60,782 bases of DNA, filler included, from Platydemus manokwari (GCA_037951405.1; 5 parts of 5 records of this genome joined end to end with filler, not necessarily neighbours in it); one strand, 5' to 3'. Positions 1 to 13,719 are shown, numbered from the whole stretch's first letter. The notes: generated by a model not told the origin, from the sequence alone. Numbers and translations: made by a program.

Positions 1-898
1 ATATCCATTAAGCAGACTAAGAACATTCTATAATCGACTAATCTTGTTGCATAGTGAGATCTCCTTATTAGTCAGTTCATTAGACATTTGACTTTTGATA
101 TTTTTAACTATATCGAATGGAAAGGTTGATTTCTTTTTCCTACTAGATAGCTTTTCCATTCTAATGAAATAAATTTTTATAATTTTTAATTTTTACATAA
201 AAAATTATTTCTTAATAACACTAATTCTAATTTTGTTTTACTATTCTTTTAATATTCTTATTAAAATATCCTGATTATTTTTATTTCTTATAAGATCGAT
301 TTTATTAAATTCATGTATTTAGTAAAAAGATATTTTTATACCGGGATTCTAATAGGTCACTTTGGGTGCTTTTAGAATAAATGGTTTTTTTTAATATGAT
401 GATCATTTGCATGTTTGAATTTTAAAATTATAAGGTGTTTTGTTAGTTCGCTCATGAATAATCTTAATAATTTTGTTAAATGAATTTTGTTGTGGTGGTT
501 GTTTGGTTTTTATTATTGAATGATTATTTGGCGCGATTTTTAATCTAAACTCACTGGTCCTAAAGAGGCTTCAACAACTGGTATTGGAGACCAAGCTGTT
601 GGAAGGTAAATTTAATATGTTGACTTTCAGATTGTAGCACAGAGAATGCGTTGTCTCTCTGGGCCTAGAATGATATGAGATTTAAAATCTGTTGTTGATT
701 AATTTGATATGTGACGTTTACAATAATTCGAATCGTTAATAATTATTAAAGTAGTGAGAACGAAACTTGGATTTTCAAAAATATTTATTTAAAAAAATGA
801 AGGTAACAATTAATATGAAAAATGAACACAAAAATTTGAGCTAATATCTCGTACCTCGTCCCAGCGATTAACGAGTAATCCGGTATACGGATGGAGAT

Positions 899-1678
899 TG
901 TTAATGATACGGAGAGAAGATGTAATTTATATAGTTAATAAGTTCATATAACTTTAATTATGTTCGTGCTATTAAAATTACGGTTAAATTAAGTTATTAG
1001 ACAAATGAATGACAAAATTGTGCAAATAAAAACTTAAACCTTACTGCGCTTGTAATGGCACTATGCAGAATTTCACTGTATATTAAAAAAAATCATCGGA
1101 TAGCTGTCGATTATTTCGAATATCTCCTCACCAAAATCCAAATGCGATGTAGTCGACAATATGGCTTCTATAAATTTCTTTCTGTAGAGTTATTCAAAGC
1201 AGCTGCGCGTATATGACAATTACCCTGTATCCGTCTTTCTCGTCGAAGATCACAAATATCGATAATTTTGGAATATGTTAGTGATGATTAGATCAGTGTG
1301 TTTTTCGGCTATTTTGTTTTCTCGCACTTTTGACTTTTTGTGGTTTTAGTTGTGTTGTGGGTGGTGTTATGATCAACGTCGTTATTTATATACCGATCAA
1401 ATCCACCCCCTCACACGGCTCTTCATGCCGATCATTTTTGCTAATTTTTTCACACGCTTCGTGTGAATAATTAATGATTGTATCTGATTCTTATTATCTA
1501 TTATAATTGTTTTTATTATTTTTCTACCTGTCTTTTTGCTATTTATTATTGTTATTTATTATATTTAACTCAATATCGACTATTGTTTATTTGCCTGTAT
1601 TTTTTATTATTTATTTAATTTCATTATTTATTAGTTATTTATTTCTCTCCGTATCTTTATCTCTACCGGATTTTAACA
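899..1678 (-). mobile_element. Probable LTR of a gypsy-like element (5' LTR; internal leader continues toward position 1)
   Basis: TGTTAA...TTAACA termini with subterminal inverted GATACGGAGAGAA; minus-strand TATA (GTATATAAATA ~1383-1393); PBS-like TGGGACGAGG ~854-863; downstream leader (555-605) homologous to 6908-6955. Confidence 0.5.
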
Positions 1679-4600
1679 TAAAAACAATAATAATAAAAGA
1701 ATCGTAAATAAAATACAACATGTAAAAATGATAATAAAACGCTAATGTTTATTACTAGAATAAAAGTAAATGATTAAAGTAAAAACCAATGTTTATTAAT
1801 TAGAGCAATTAATCAGTTATTGATCACGTTAATCAGTTATGGATCACGATTGTTGCATTGTTAGCATAATTGACTGTTATTATTTATAGGATTCATTATT
1901 TGGTTTATCGACAGCAGGTCAGTCCACACTCAGGTTCAATGTATATTTTTTAGGGTATAAGGATCTATATTATAACATATGTACAGATATTAGAAGGGTG
2001 TATATGTTTATAGTATGTTTGTAGAGTGCATGTTAGAAGAGCATTGTATGTTAGAAGGGTTAGTAGGGATTTTGAATAAATATGTTTGTAGGGAATTTGA
2101 GAGTGAGAGTGTATACCCAACAATTTCATCATACAGCAAGGGTCTATATATTATGATTATTGCTGCAGGATTGAGCTTCCATGTTGAGTTTTTGACTTAT
2201 ACAAAAATAAAATCATTTTTTATATATTGGTTTTTATTAATTTTTTGTTTTGTATTCAACAGTTTTGAACTAAATTATAAATTATTAAACAGTTTTCCTT
2301 TTTATTCTGTTTGATGAAGGCATTCATAGTTCAACAACTTTCAGTATTTAAAAAATATTGAAGACAATTAATCCTATACAATCCTATCTAATTTACTATT
2401 TGTAAAATTTTTTCGATCTGATTTATTGATGTTATCTTCAATCTTGTTCAGCAGGTTTCGAATGGTTATGGTTTTGAAATTAGAACACTTTCTGGTCCCA
2501 AACATTTTTTAATGAAAAAATACAAAGTTCGTTTTGATGATTGTTTTACATTTTATTCAATATAAAAATGTCTATTAACATAAAATACACAACCAACAGA
2601 AAAAAATTAAACTTAATACAAAAATGTGTTGCTCAATAACAATACAATTACACACCAAGTAGCTAAAAGTTTACACCCAGAAAGCAACTTGGAAATTGTA
2701 GGATTTATAACCCCTTCGTCGTATTGGGTCATAATCAATTGCAAGTATGAGCTCGATTCCATATATGCAGATGAAAACGTATATATTCTTAATATTGATT
2801 TTATAATAATTATCACTTCGAGTTGACTTATTGACTTTCGAACAATGAGTATTTTCTTTAAGTGATCTTCCAATAGCATACTGCTATATAGTTGTAACGA
2901 TTCAGAAATTTATGAACTTACAAGAACATGGAGAATGAATCATTTATCTCTTTATCTTCACAAAATAAGTTTAGTGATTTCTTTTGAAAGAGATCCCTAT
3001 TTTTATATACGGTTACTGGATAATAAAAAATGAAGTAGGAAATTAGTTGTGATATTGTTTGTGAGGATTTTAAAGTTTTTATAAATTATTTTTAATCATT
3101 TGAAAGTAAAATGATTAAAAAAATTTAAGTAATTTGTTTGAATATTTTGGTTAAATATAATTTTATGGGTTGAAATTCTTAGATTCGTTTTCTATTAGTA
3201 TTTTATGAAATAGTAGCACAAAAGAGTTTTTGAAGGGATAATTGATTTCGAGAATACCAACAAAAGTATTTATTGTATATATATAAAATTTATAAATATA
3301 AAAATGCAGATTTTTTCCAAAGTGTTTTTAAACATAATAGATAAGTTAATTACAACTTTCTAATATTCCATATAATAACAAACAAAATTTGAATAAGATT
3401 TTGATTTTAATTATTTTCGGGGCAGTTATGATCTCTTGATCCTGAACATGATTTTTAATTTGAGATATTTTACTTTCACAAAAAATCTTTCGAACAAATG
3501 AATATCAAATATGTATTTACTTTAAATAATTTTGAGTTATCTAAATCTTCTGAAGTTGATACATGAAATAAATATTATCTTAATTAAATTGACGATGATG
3601 CAAGTCAATATTCTTATCTCGATAGTAGTTTCTAGAAATGTTTTCTCATTTATTCAATATTTTCTTGTGTTACTTTCTTATTAAACATATATTCACATTT
3701 AAGTATGATTTATTTCTAGTGATTAATACTTATGATTTTCAATTTTTAGAAACAAATTGGCTAATCAATTTTGAAAATTAATGCTTTTATTTTAATTAAT
3801 TTTAGAAATTGATTATATTATCCATTTGTATATCTTAGGAAATTTTTAATAATTTTAAATTTATTTTATGATTTATGTGTTCGCATTTAATATTTAACGA
3901 ATTTTTATGTTATTCGAATTATATTATTAGTTTTATTTCATTTCTGATGGAGTAATAGGTTTTGAGTTCTGAATTTGATTTATCTATTTTTTTATTATCC
4001 TGGATTTAGGATTTGAATGCGGGATTTTGATTAAGGCCTTTTGATTCTAATTTTGGTTTTAAGAATTAAATTTTGTACCAATGATAATGTCTCATTCTTT
4101 AATAATTACTGTAATAATTGTAAAAGTTGTACACGTTTAAACAAGTTTAAATTCGATTTTAAAATTCATTAGAATTTATTAATCTAAAATATATGATAGG
4201 AAAACTTTGTCACTGGACAGTTTTGTCAATATTTAATTCCATTGACAATTTAGTGAGATTTTAGATTTTAAAATTTGAACAGAAAACTGCATATCTTTCA
4301 AATAGTTTTGATATATGTTGGAAACTGGATTATTCTGTGTTGAGATAATAATGAAGCGGTTTATATTCAATTTTGCAACAAAATCCACTTAATTGTGAGT
4401 TTGGAACAAATTGTGTCGTATTTGTAAGTTTAACACTTCTTGGCACATGAGCTGACACAGTGATGTACTGAAGGAATCTGACGGTGTCTAATAATTTATT
4501 AGTTGTGAAAGTAGATATATGGTTAGACAATTTCACCAATATCTGACTCGTCACAATGCTGAAGAGTGCGTTGGGTATATTAATTAGAATTGGACATAAT

Positions 4601-6227
4601 TAAAAATATTTGAAGACGAATATCTTTTGTTGCATAGATATGATATAAAATTGCCAAAATTAATTTGTGCGTTTCTCTTTATTTTATTGTAGCTTTATAT
4701 ACTCTTTTTGTGTTTATGTTTCTGATTGATTGTTTTCTTAAATCGTCACTTATTTTATTTTCTACCAAGTTGTGAACTGAATTAAAATGACTAGTTCTGT
4801 ATATTTTTTTAAATTCGTTATTATAAGCTGTTCTATAATAACTTCGTTACTAAGAAAAGGAAGTTCATTATTAGGTACAACAATTGACTAAGTGTCATTT
4901 AGAAAAACATGTTTTATGAGTTATAAATTCAAATATTAAATGAATAGCATTTCTTTATAATTTATGTTCAAAATATTACTTTGAGAATCCTAATTATAAT
5001 TGATTATGTGAAAAACATGACTTGTAATTTTTATGTTTCCTTTAGAAACATGTTCTTAAATGAATAACTTTTTTCCTTATCTTTAATTAATTGTATTTAA
5101 CGTGTTTTGTCTGTTTTATTTCTTTCATATCTTACAGTACTAATTAAATTACGAACCCATAATAAATATGCATAACCTTTAAAGTTAGAAATAAAATTAT
5201 AATCTACTCATCTCTTAACAGTCCTAATAAGTGAGAAATTGTCGTCATAAACGTATCTCATAAAAGATTGTCGATAATAAATCTACGTCGAAACTTGACC
5301 GGTGATGATTTTATGTTGAGAACCCTTAACCATTGAAATGCAAAACTAATCTCTAATATATTTTTGAAGAAATCTTTTTACCTCATTGAATCTCATACCA
5401 GAATTGTATATAACAATATCAAGAAAGCTTCCATTAAAGTTTGAAATCTTTCAAAGTCATTCGGTTTTTCTAAACTTTGATTGTCTAATGATATCTATCA
5501 GTACTTAGTGGAAACTAATAAATTTATCTTATAAGTGCCATTATATATATATATATCATTGCTTGTAAATTCTTTATGTACTCTGCATTCAATTTTGGTT
5601 AATGCTCTGCTACTGATCTCAGTTGAATTTCTGCGTCATTCGTAATGTTGATTATGTTTTAAATAATTGATGGTTGGTTCAATTTCTGTTTGGATTGACG
5701 ATTATTCGATCTTCGGTATGAAATATTAGAAATATTTTTCGATTTAATCTTTTACACATCGTAGTTGTACTGTTTATTCTTTCAGATTTGCTTGATTTTG
5801 AAAATTTTATAAAAATCAATATTTATTTCGCATAAACAGGATCTTCACGACGCGGTGGGAAAATCCCTCACGTTGACTTTAAAATGATATAATAAATTTC
5901 TCTTTGAGCAGGATCTTTGTTTGGACGGGAGCCCTACTGGTTGTTGCTTCTGATTGAATTTTTTGACTTTTAATTGTTTTTTGGAGTTTTTGAAGAATTT
6001 AAGCTTATCAGATGCTAAGTACGAAGATATTTGCAACTGTCTGGAGATGATTGTCCCGAAAAATATAGTTGGCAAGTCGATAGTGCTGCTGGAGCTGGAA
6101 GGTGTCGTAGTACGAAGACTTATTTGTATCATATGTGCTTGGACAGTTGAAGTAGAGTTGTTGTAGATTAATTTTTTAATATTATTATCATATGGAATAC
6201 TTACTCACTTAGTTCACTCTGTGTAGT

Positions 6228-6228
6228 A

Positions 6229-6276
<48 letters not shown>
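6228..6276. repeat. (AAT)n microsatellite
   Basis: Perfect AAT run. Confidence 0.95.
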
Positions 6277-7098
6277 TGAAAAAGATTAAAATTTTAAATA
6301 AATTAACGATTGATGTATCACCATATCCAAAATTATTTTTAATTTTGCACACATTTATATTGTGAAAATTAAACTATCGAAATTATAAAATATTAATTTT
6401 TTTATATATTTTATTCACATTATTCCTAATTTGCCAATGTATTCAGAATTTATTACGGTAATATCACCGGAGATACCACAAAGAACTCTCAAGTTAATAA
6501 CAGAATTATCCAAATCAAATATTAAAACTATCATGATGTATGAAAAATAATTTGAAAATAATTAAACCTCTTAGATTAATATAATCAATATTTTGGATTA
6601 CTTCCAACTTAAAAATGTTCTAATGATAGATGTTCTGATTATAATAATCTAAGCGTTCATTCTTTTTTATCAATATAATTTTTAATGATTTTTAAGTAAT
6701 ATTTACAAAACTACTGGAAAACTTGTTGGTACAAAAAATTACTGAAATAAAATAAACAATAACAATTATTTATTTAATAAACATTGGATTTTATGATAGG
6801 GTTGAAAGTTAAGATTCCAAAAACTTAACTTGTCAGAATAAGATCTTTAGAATTTCCGAAGATTGTATTAAACAAAATATTGGTTTATCGGTTAGATGTT
6901 AAATTTTTGGTTCGCAGTGGCTTCAGTAACCGGTATTGAGACCAAATTACTGGAAATTTATTTAGTTTCACTAAAGGTCTTGCTCACAGAAGAATAACTG
7001 ATACTGCGCCTTTTCTAAATGAGATTTAAATGTTTAGCTAAGAGTTTATCTGTTATCGAAAACGATAATAATTACGATTATAGTATCCTTTAATCAAA

Positions 7099-7719
7099 TG
7101 CGGTATGCCGAGTATCGTGACTATTGGATACCGGTTAATAAATGAGTTAATTAAACTTTGCTATTGAGTTATGAACGACACAAGGTTATTTAAATAAAAT
7201 ATTGTAGTAATAAAATTTATTTCCGAAACAAAACGAAACAATTATTAGTTATAAACAAAAAGATTGTGCAAAATGGCTTGTAATTTGACTCCGCAATTAA
7301 CCCGCGAATTCGTAAGACGGACGAAGCAGAGATTATTTGGATAGAGAAATTTAGTTATCGATAATTTTTTCGGCCAATCTCCTTTGTTACCCACTTTTAT
7401 ATAGTATTTTCTCCTTGTGGGCATACGTTGTAGTTGATTATTAATTTTGCGAAAATTTTTTCATTTTTTGGATTTTATTTAACGTTAGCATGGTGATCCA
7501 TTAAATCACCATGGTGATTAATTTAATAAATATTATTATTATGATTGTTACCACGGTGACTTATAATTTCACCATGGCGATGGGTAATGAATTTTATTAT
7601 TATATTTTTTCGGTGATGTGGGCAGTACGTGGGCGATTAATTAATTTGCATTTATTATTATATTTTGTTTATATTTTATTTTATTATATTTTTGGTTCCG
7701 AACAATAAGCATGTCCTCA
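7099..7719 (-). mobile_element. LTR (TGAGG...CCGCA) of the glycoprotein-bearing element
   Basis: Preceded on - strand by polypurine tract AAAAAGGGAAGAAGCA (7720-7735); TG..CA ends; TATATAAAA ~7395-7403; AATAAA ~7217-7222; U3 part homologous to 31650-31830. Confidence 0.65.
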
Positions 7720-7741
7720 TGCTTCTTCCCTTTTTGAGAAC

Positions 7742-8670
7742 TCATTTGAACTTCCGGATCTCTTTCTTTTTCTCTATCTTATCTGGCTGACTGTTTATGT
7801 TTATCCATAATTGTCCTGGGATAAACTCGTTGGCATTTGGATTCAGATTATAATTTTTGACGATGTCCTGACGAATATATTCTTCAGCGTCCTGCCACAG
7901 TTGTTCGAATTCTTTCTCATTCTCTTCTTTTCTCATTTGTTCGTCGACTATGGACTCTTACCATAATTGCTCAAGAAATTGCTCATTCTCCAAAGTGAGC
8001 TCATAATCGTCGCATTCCATAATTTGTTCATGATAAAACTCGTTTTCTGGCTGCTGAATTTTAATGTTATGATTAATTACCTGCACTTTCTCTTCTCGCT
8101 CATTGTCCTTAAGCATTTTGAACTCTGATATTATTTTTCCAGAATTTGGTGAGTTTATTTTCAAATAATTGCTCCTCCGCAGACTTGAGCTTCCAAGTTT
8201 GATTTCTTCTGATTATTGAATTTTCAGTTAAAAGCTCTTTATCCACCCATTCAAATACATTGGTGGCCTTGGTTATCATCTCTTGCTCTTCTTGAATCTT
8301 TTTCTTCCATCTAGATTCTTCATTGTCATCTTTTCTGTCTTTCCAGTTTGCTTCTATATTTTGATATATGCTGATTATTGCATCTATTTCATCACATCGA
8401 TTGCCATATTGTGGCATCCTCTTTCAAATGATTGCTGCATGAATTTCTTTCAGATTTTTGCTTAAGAAATGTCGGCTTTCCTTTATTTCTTCTTCTACTG
8501 TTATTGCACCTCTCAAATCTCTTTCTCCGAGTGCTTCCTCAAGATATATCGATATTGCTTTTCTTTTCATATCGTATCCGTCTAGGATTTTCCCTCTGGC
8601 GATTTCTATTACTTTCTTGCTTGCCTCCTCCGCATCCATTTTTCCTCTGATTACTGCTTCTGACGTTTAA
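7742..8670 (-). pseudogene. Fragmented unknown ORF(s) of retroelement 3' cargo (charged/coiled-coil)
   Basis: Consecutive - strand ORF fragments 8424-8639, 8109-8417, 7958-8164, 7742-7936; the last ends just before the PPT. Confidence 0.45.
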
Positions 8671-8673
8671 TTT

Positions 8674-9365
8674 TTATTCTCTTGATAGTGTTTGATTTCT
8701 GATCTTGGGCAACAAATCTGATTGAAAATATCTTCCCTTTTGAAATTTTTGAGAGCTTTCCAGACTGGGTACTCTATTGTTAAAGTCGATGGCATATTTC
8801 ACATCGATGAAAATGGTTAATTCTCTTTCCTCTTGTTGGCTCATTGGAATAATATTTCTTATAAAGGACATTTAATTTTTTGGTTGCATGAACGGCAAAA
8901 TCCTGGAGATTAAATATTTGCGCCTCGTGAAATTCTACTGGATCCAACTGGTTGGGTTCTACTAGTTCAATCATTAGAATGTACGGAATACTCTTAGATT
9001 TTATCCTTATCTGGGAGAATTCATTTTGAAAATTTGGTTTTTTCTGGGGTGTCAGATAAATTGAAATTGATGAGTGTAACTCCAATTCAATTCTCTCTTC
9101 GGGAAATTCTACGATCTCCAATTCTTTCGGGACATATTGTAATATCGGTAAGATGCCTTTGAGCTTGAACCTTCCTTGTTCTTGTTAGTGAAGTATTATC
9201 GCTGTTCTTAATTGTTACGCTGTTTTATTTATTATTATTTGGAATATAGGTCATATCTGCGAATATTCTTCTTCCGATACCAAAGGGTGCTTTTTTAACC
9301 GCCGAAAGAATGGCAGTATAAAATCTTCTTGGGAAATATTGAACTATGCTTGTTACGGGTTCCAT
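8674..9365 (-). pseudogene. Fragmented unknown ORF of retroelement cargo
   Basis: ATG at ~9365 (MEPVTSIVQYFPRRF) plus overlapping fragments 8780-9121 and 8674-8871; GC-richer than flanks. Confidence 0.4.
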
Positions 9366-9759
9366 TATTTCTACTAAGGTGTTAAAAATTATACTAAAAT
9401 AAATAAAGGGGTATCTTACTTCTACCGTTGCTGATCGAGAATTTTTGTTCAGTAATTTATGACTATTATCAACTGGGGTTTTGTTTATATGAATTTAGCG
9501 CTCGGTTTTGATTGGCTAATTTTGTATGGACAACTTTCTTAGTGGGTAGAATTTTTGAGATAATTTTCTTATTGGTCAATTTATTTTTTCCCAATATTTT
9601 TTTATTAGGAGTTTTATGAGAATTCAATTTACATTATTTCTTATTTTATTTTTACAAAGTCTAAATACCATATTCATGCTCCGAATGAAAAAAATTATTT
9701 TTATAATCATATCCTAACCATTTGACAACGCTCGTACGCCGGCAAAATTGCCGAGAGTG

Positions 9760-10200
9760 ATCCTTAAACCTATTAGCCCTTCCAACACTCTGGCCAATAA
9801 CTATCGATCCTCGTAGTAGACTATTAACTTCTTCCTTTACTAGCAGTTCATCTTTCTTTCCATGAACTGTTTGATTCATAGGGCCATGTTGAGGCGGGTT
9901 CTGTAGTCTATTATTCTTGCCCTTGGGGCTATCATGTTGGAGTATATCAATTTACCTTGGTAATTCAGGTTGTTTATCGCTATCGGGACAAGCTCATTGG
10001 CGAATTGCGGTTGTGCTAATCCCATTCTTCTTATTATCCCCTTCGGGTCATATTCATCTTTAAGAAAGACCCGTGGTTCTGTATTTGGAGACAGTCGTTG
10101 TCCAGCTCTCCAAATTTTTTCCTTCGACTGCCTAGGCACCATGCTCAGTTTGGTTGATTCTTCTTTTTTTCCTTCGTTAAATTTTAATTTTTAACTCATT
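9760..10200 (-). pseudogene. Fragmented unknown ORF of retroelement cargo
   Basis: ORF 9876-10142 with frameshifted continuation; bounded by AT-rich spacers. Confidence 0.4.
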
Positions 10201-10583
10201 TTTGAAATTTTGAAAATCCAATCTTAATTGAACCAATGAATTTTCCATTGTCATTAAATATTGACTGTTTCATATTTGTGCTATTTTGTTTTTTTTATTA
10301 ATTCTTTGTTCACCTGTATTGTCTCTATTTAGGGGCTAGCTCTGGGTTAGATTTGGGTTAGATCTCAACATATCTCCGCCCTCTTAGGTTTTTTCGTCCT
10401 GAAAAATAGGCAAAAAGATTAGATATAGACAGTTATTTACACAGTGGAAAAGGTTATAATGCTACATAAAAATGTTAACATAAATATGTCTATAGTACAA
10501 ATGGCTGTAATAAAAATGGTGTCTACAACGCCGTATAATGTCAGTAAGGTGGTGGCTACAACACCGGATAAATGTCAGTATTG

Positions 10584-11490
10584 TCATTTACTACTTCTTT
10601 CCTCATGGGAAATTCGTCGATTCTCGTTTCGGTGTAACTTCTCATCCCATTGTCCAATGAGATCCTCTTCCTTGACTTGATCTTCTCCTTCATTATGGAA
10701 ATGCCGTATATAATTTCGAGGGGTAACCTTTGGTCGGAGTATTGGTTCCCCAAGGTGATCTTGGACGATGATTGCCTGAACTACTTTATTGGATTCCTTG
10801 GCCCGTGAGTGGTTGAGGATTCCTACAAAACGGGCTGCCATAAATCTCATTCGATCAGGATGATCCGCTAGTTGTCCTCTGACGAACGTCAAATAGTGTT
10901 TGATTCTTGGTGGAATTCCTGTTTTGAATGTAATTTCTGAGGGTAAAAGTCCCTCTTCATTTTTGTCTCGACCGAATTACATGACGAGAGTGGTAGGTAT
11001 TTTGGCAACTTCTAGCATAATACGATTTATCCTTTTTTCATACATCAGAATTTCGGGGGCTGTGCTTGATTCGAGATAGATTGGTTCGTCGAGACCTGGG
11101 ATAAAGACGAGGATAGATTGGTTTGTAGTGGTTATCCATGTAGGCGGTTATTGATCTTCTTGAGAACTTCCGGGTATGATTTTGGTAAGAAGCCTTCGAA
11201 TTGGTGCTTCAACGTATTCGGCTGTGGATACTATTTCTATTTGTTGGGTATGAGTACATGAGTGTGGTACCTTCGACATCGGCAGTTTTGTCGTCGCATT
11301 TCGATCACCATTTCATGCCATTGCATTGGCCCTTATTGAAACTACTGTTTGACTGGATATAATTTGGAGGTTGGTTGGTGTTCCAAGACTAACTGGATAT
11401 TGCAAAATGGGGTCGTCCGGTTATGGTCCTTTGCTGAATGTAATGAATTAGTAATCATAGCTGAATAATACGAATAGTATGTGCAGCCAT
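10584..11490 (-). pseudogene. Decayed ~300-aa unknown ORF directly downstream of the glycoprotein
   Basis: Reading frame continues upstream of ORF 10584-10892 through a few stops (...ILVFIPGLDEPIYLESSTAPEILMYEKRINRIMLEVAKIP...). Confidence 0.45.
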
Positions 11491-11566
11491 TGATTAGATA
11501 TAATATTACGATATAGATATAATTAGTTATATTGATTTTAGTTCGACTCTTTTGATTCTGTAATTA

Positions 11567-13350
11567 TCATAAGGTGGTACTGGTAAAGTACGTTGGGTGT
11601 GGCAAGTAATTTCTATATACGGGTGGCTTATGCCGTCCTAGCAAGAAAGCGCTTATGGGAAATAAGATGGAGGACACGAATGCTGTTGCTACAACTGCGA
11701 TTATGGCTCTTGACGAATATGGGTCTGAAGGTTCGTTCGATAGTTCCCTTATTCCGAGTCCTTGCTTTCCTGATTCTCGATCGTACTCGTAGTGGTGTCC
11801 ACACGGTGTTCCATTGCTTCTCCTCGTTGTCGAGCGAGGTATGGCATATTGATCTTTTTCGGTAGAGGTTTTATTCGAAGTACTTCTCTCCATGAGTTCT
11901 TCAGGCTGATCAAATTGATTTTGTTAGTGCTTTGTAGGGTGGTACATTTTCTCTGGGGTGTGATTTCCTTTTGGATTTCTATACTGTGCGGCAGTATACA
12001 GGTTTTTACATACTGGTGTGGTTCGCGACCAATTGCGGTAGATTCGTCGGATTATCTCGGTGATTTCTCGATCACGTAGTTGAGGAAACATTAAGTCTCT
12101 TCGTGCGTCTTCGATATCTTTAAGGTTGTATAGCTCCTCCTTATTTTCAAGTGAATTAATCGGACCCAATCTGACCCGTTCTTCTATTATGCTAAGGTTT
12201 AATGTCTGCACGAGTAGTCGGGATAATCCTCGCAACGTTAATGTTACCCAAGCGTTCTTGATTTTGTATAATGGGAAGAAGAGTGGTGTGCACGTTCTTT
12301 TGTAGGTTTAGCGGTTGGCAACATGTATCTAGTCTTCCCTTGATAGATGACTTTTGGCTTGTTTGTGCATTCGTGACTTGGGCCATCATGACTTCTATCT
12401 CAGTGCATCGAAACTCATACCAAGCTTCTTCATTACTTTGGCATACTGTGTCTTTTCCATGATAAGGGGCGTGATTAAATCTGGATTCGCTATTGCAAAG
12501 TCTAACCGGTTTCGTAAGATTTCCCTGTCTCATTGGTTATCAGTGCTTCCTGGTAGACTTCGAGTAACTGAATGGAGGTCGTGGTAGAGGAAGTCAACTT
12601 TATTCATGTAGATGGCTATTTTGATGTCATTCTTGTGAAGGATTTGAGCATTTTCCAGTCTTTCCCTGCTATAGTACACTCCTTAGTAATTGGTGCTATA
12701 GAGTATATTAACACATTTCATGATTGGTGACTTGATTACTACTAGGATTGCTTCGGATGACTTGTTGGACATTAGTATCGTAGGTACTGCTCGTTCTCTG
12801 TCATTGGAGTGTTCTGTTGCTCCTCCCAACTGTTTGTTTATTACCTAGGTGCCCGTTAGTCTTTCGTAAACTAATTTGGTACCGGTTATAGCAATAAAGG
12901 GTCCACTCTTGAGTAATGTTAGTCCACAGTAGTCCGCTTCAGGAGGTCGGTAGCGAAGTACTCCTTTATTTACTGTGCATTTTCGATTTTTTAGGTGGCA
13001 TTTCGGATACTGTTTCATTAACCCGGTTTTAGCATCGAATGTTGCTTCGAAGGAATGTAGTTCTACCAGGCAATCTTCGATGGTGACTACCTAGGGTGAG
13101 AATATTTCATCCCTGAATTTGGTTCTTTCGGTGCATTTTCCAATTTGAGCTCTCTTTCCTCCTCTAATTACCGTTTTTTTGGTTATCATGTTTGGTTCGA
13201 TAGTTAGGCTTAGTTCGGGATCGATACTGAATGCATTTCTGCAATCAGTTGACGCTATGTTCAACATTGGTGGGATCAACTTGGCTTCTAGTACCGCTGT
13301 TCGGTTATGATATCCACAATAATACGCGGACGTTGGCTTGAGCTGGAACT
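11567..13350 (-). pseudogene. Decayed viral envelope glycoprotein, chuvirus-G / gB-like class III fusogen (env-like)
   Basis: Frameshifted fragments: AYYCGYHNRT; Cys-rich IEDCLVE..KCHLKNRKC; LYSTNY..NDIKIAIYMNKVDFLY; EAWYEFRCTEIEV..CCQPL; LYNLKDIEDARRDLMFPQLR; C-terminal hydrophobic AIIAVVATAFVSSILFPISAFLLG. The motif order matches chuvirus-type G as I recall it. Confidence 0.65.
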
Positions 13351-13719
13351 AAAATAGATTAATTGTCATAAAATAACAATATCGTAATCAATTGTGGTAA
13401 TTGGTAAGATGGTTAGTGGTTTTTTGGTTTTGCGATTGGCTTTTATAATTGGTTTTGAGAACTTCGGAACTGATGTGGGTTCAGCAGAATTTATTTACTG
13501 ACAATATCAAATCTAGCAAATGAGAGTTCATTGAAACTGATCTATTCAAAATTTACACTAGTTAATAATAAGTACTTTATATAATAATTAATTATAATAT
13601 AATTATTGTTGTGACAATTTTAAATTGAATTAAAATTTTAAAGATTTAATTTTGTATAAAATTTAGTTGTGTATAAATTATTTAATATAAAATCAAATTA
13701 ATTAGTTTAAATTTTATTT

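Noticed and set aside
1507-1707. Hydrophobic 66-aa ORF and similar short F/I/L-rich ORFs (e.g. 19936-20190, 52642-52851)
   Set aside because: Expected by chance from T-rich low-complexity DNA; no motifs
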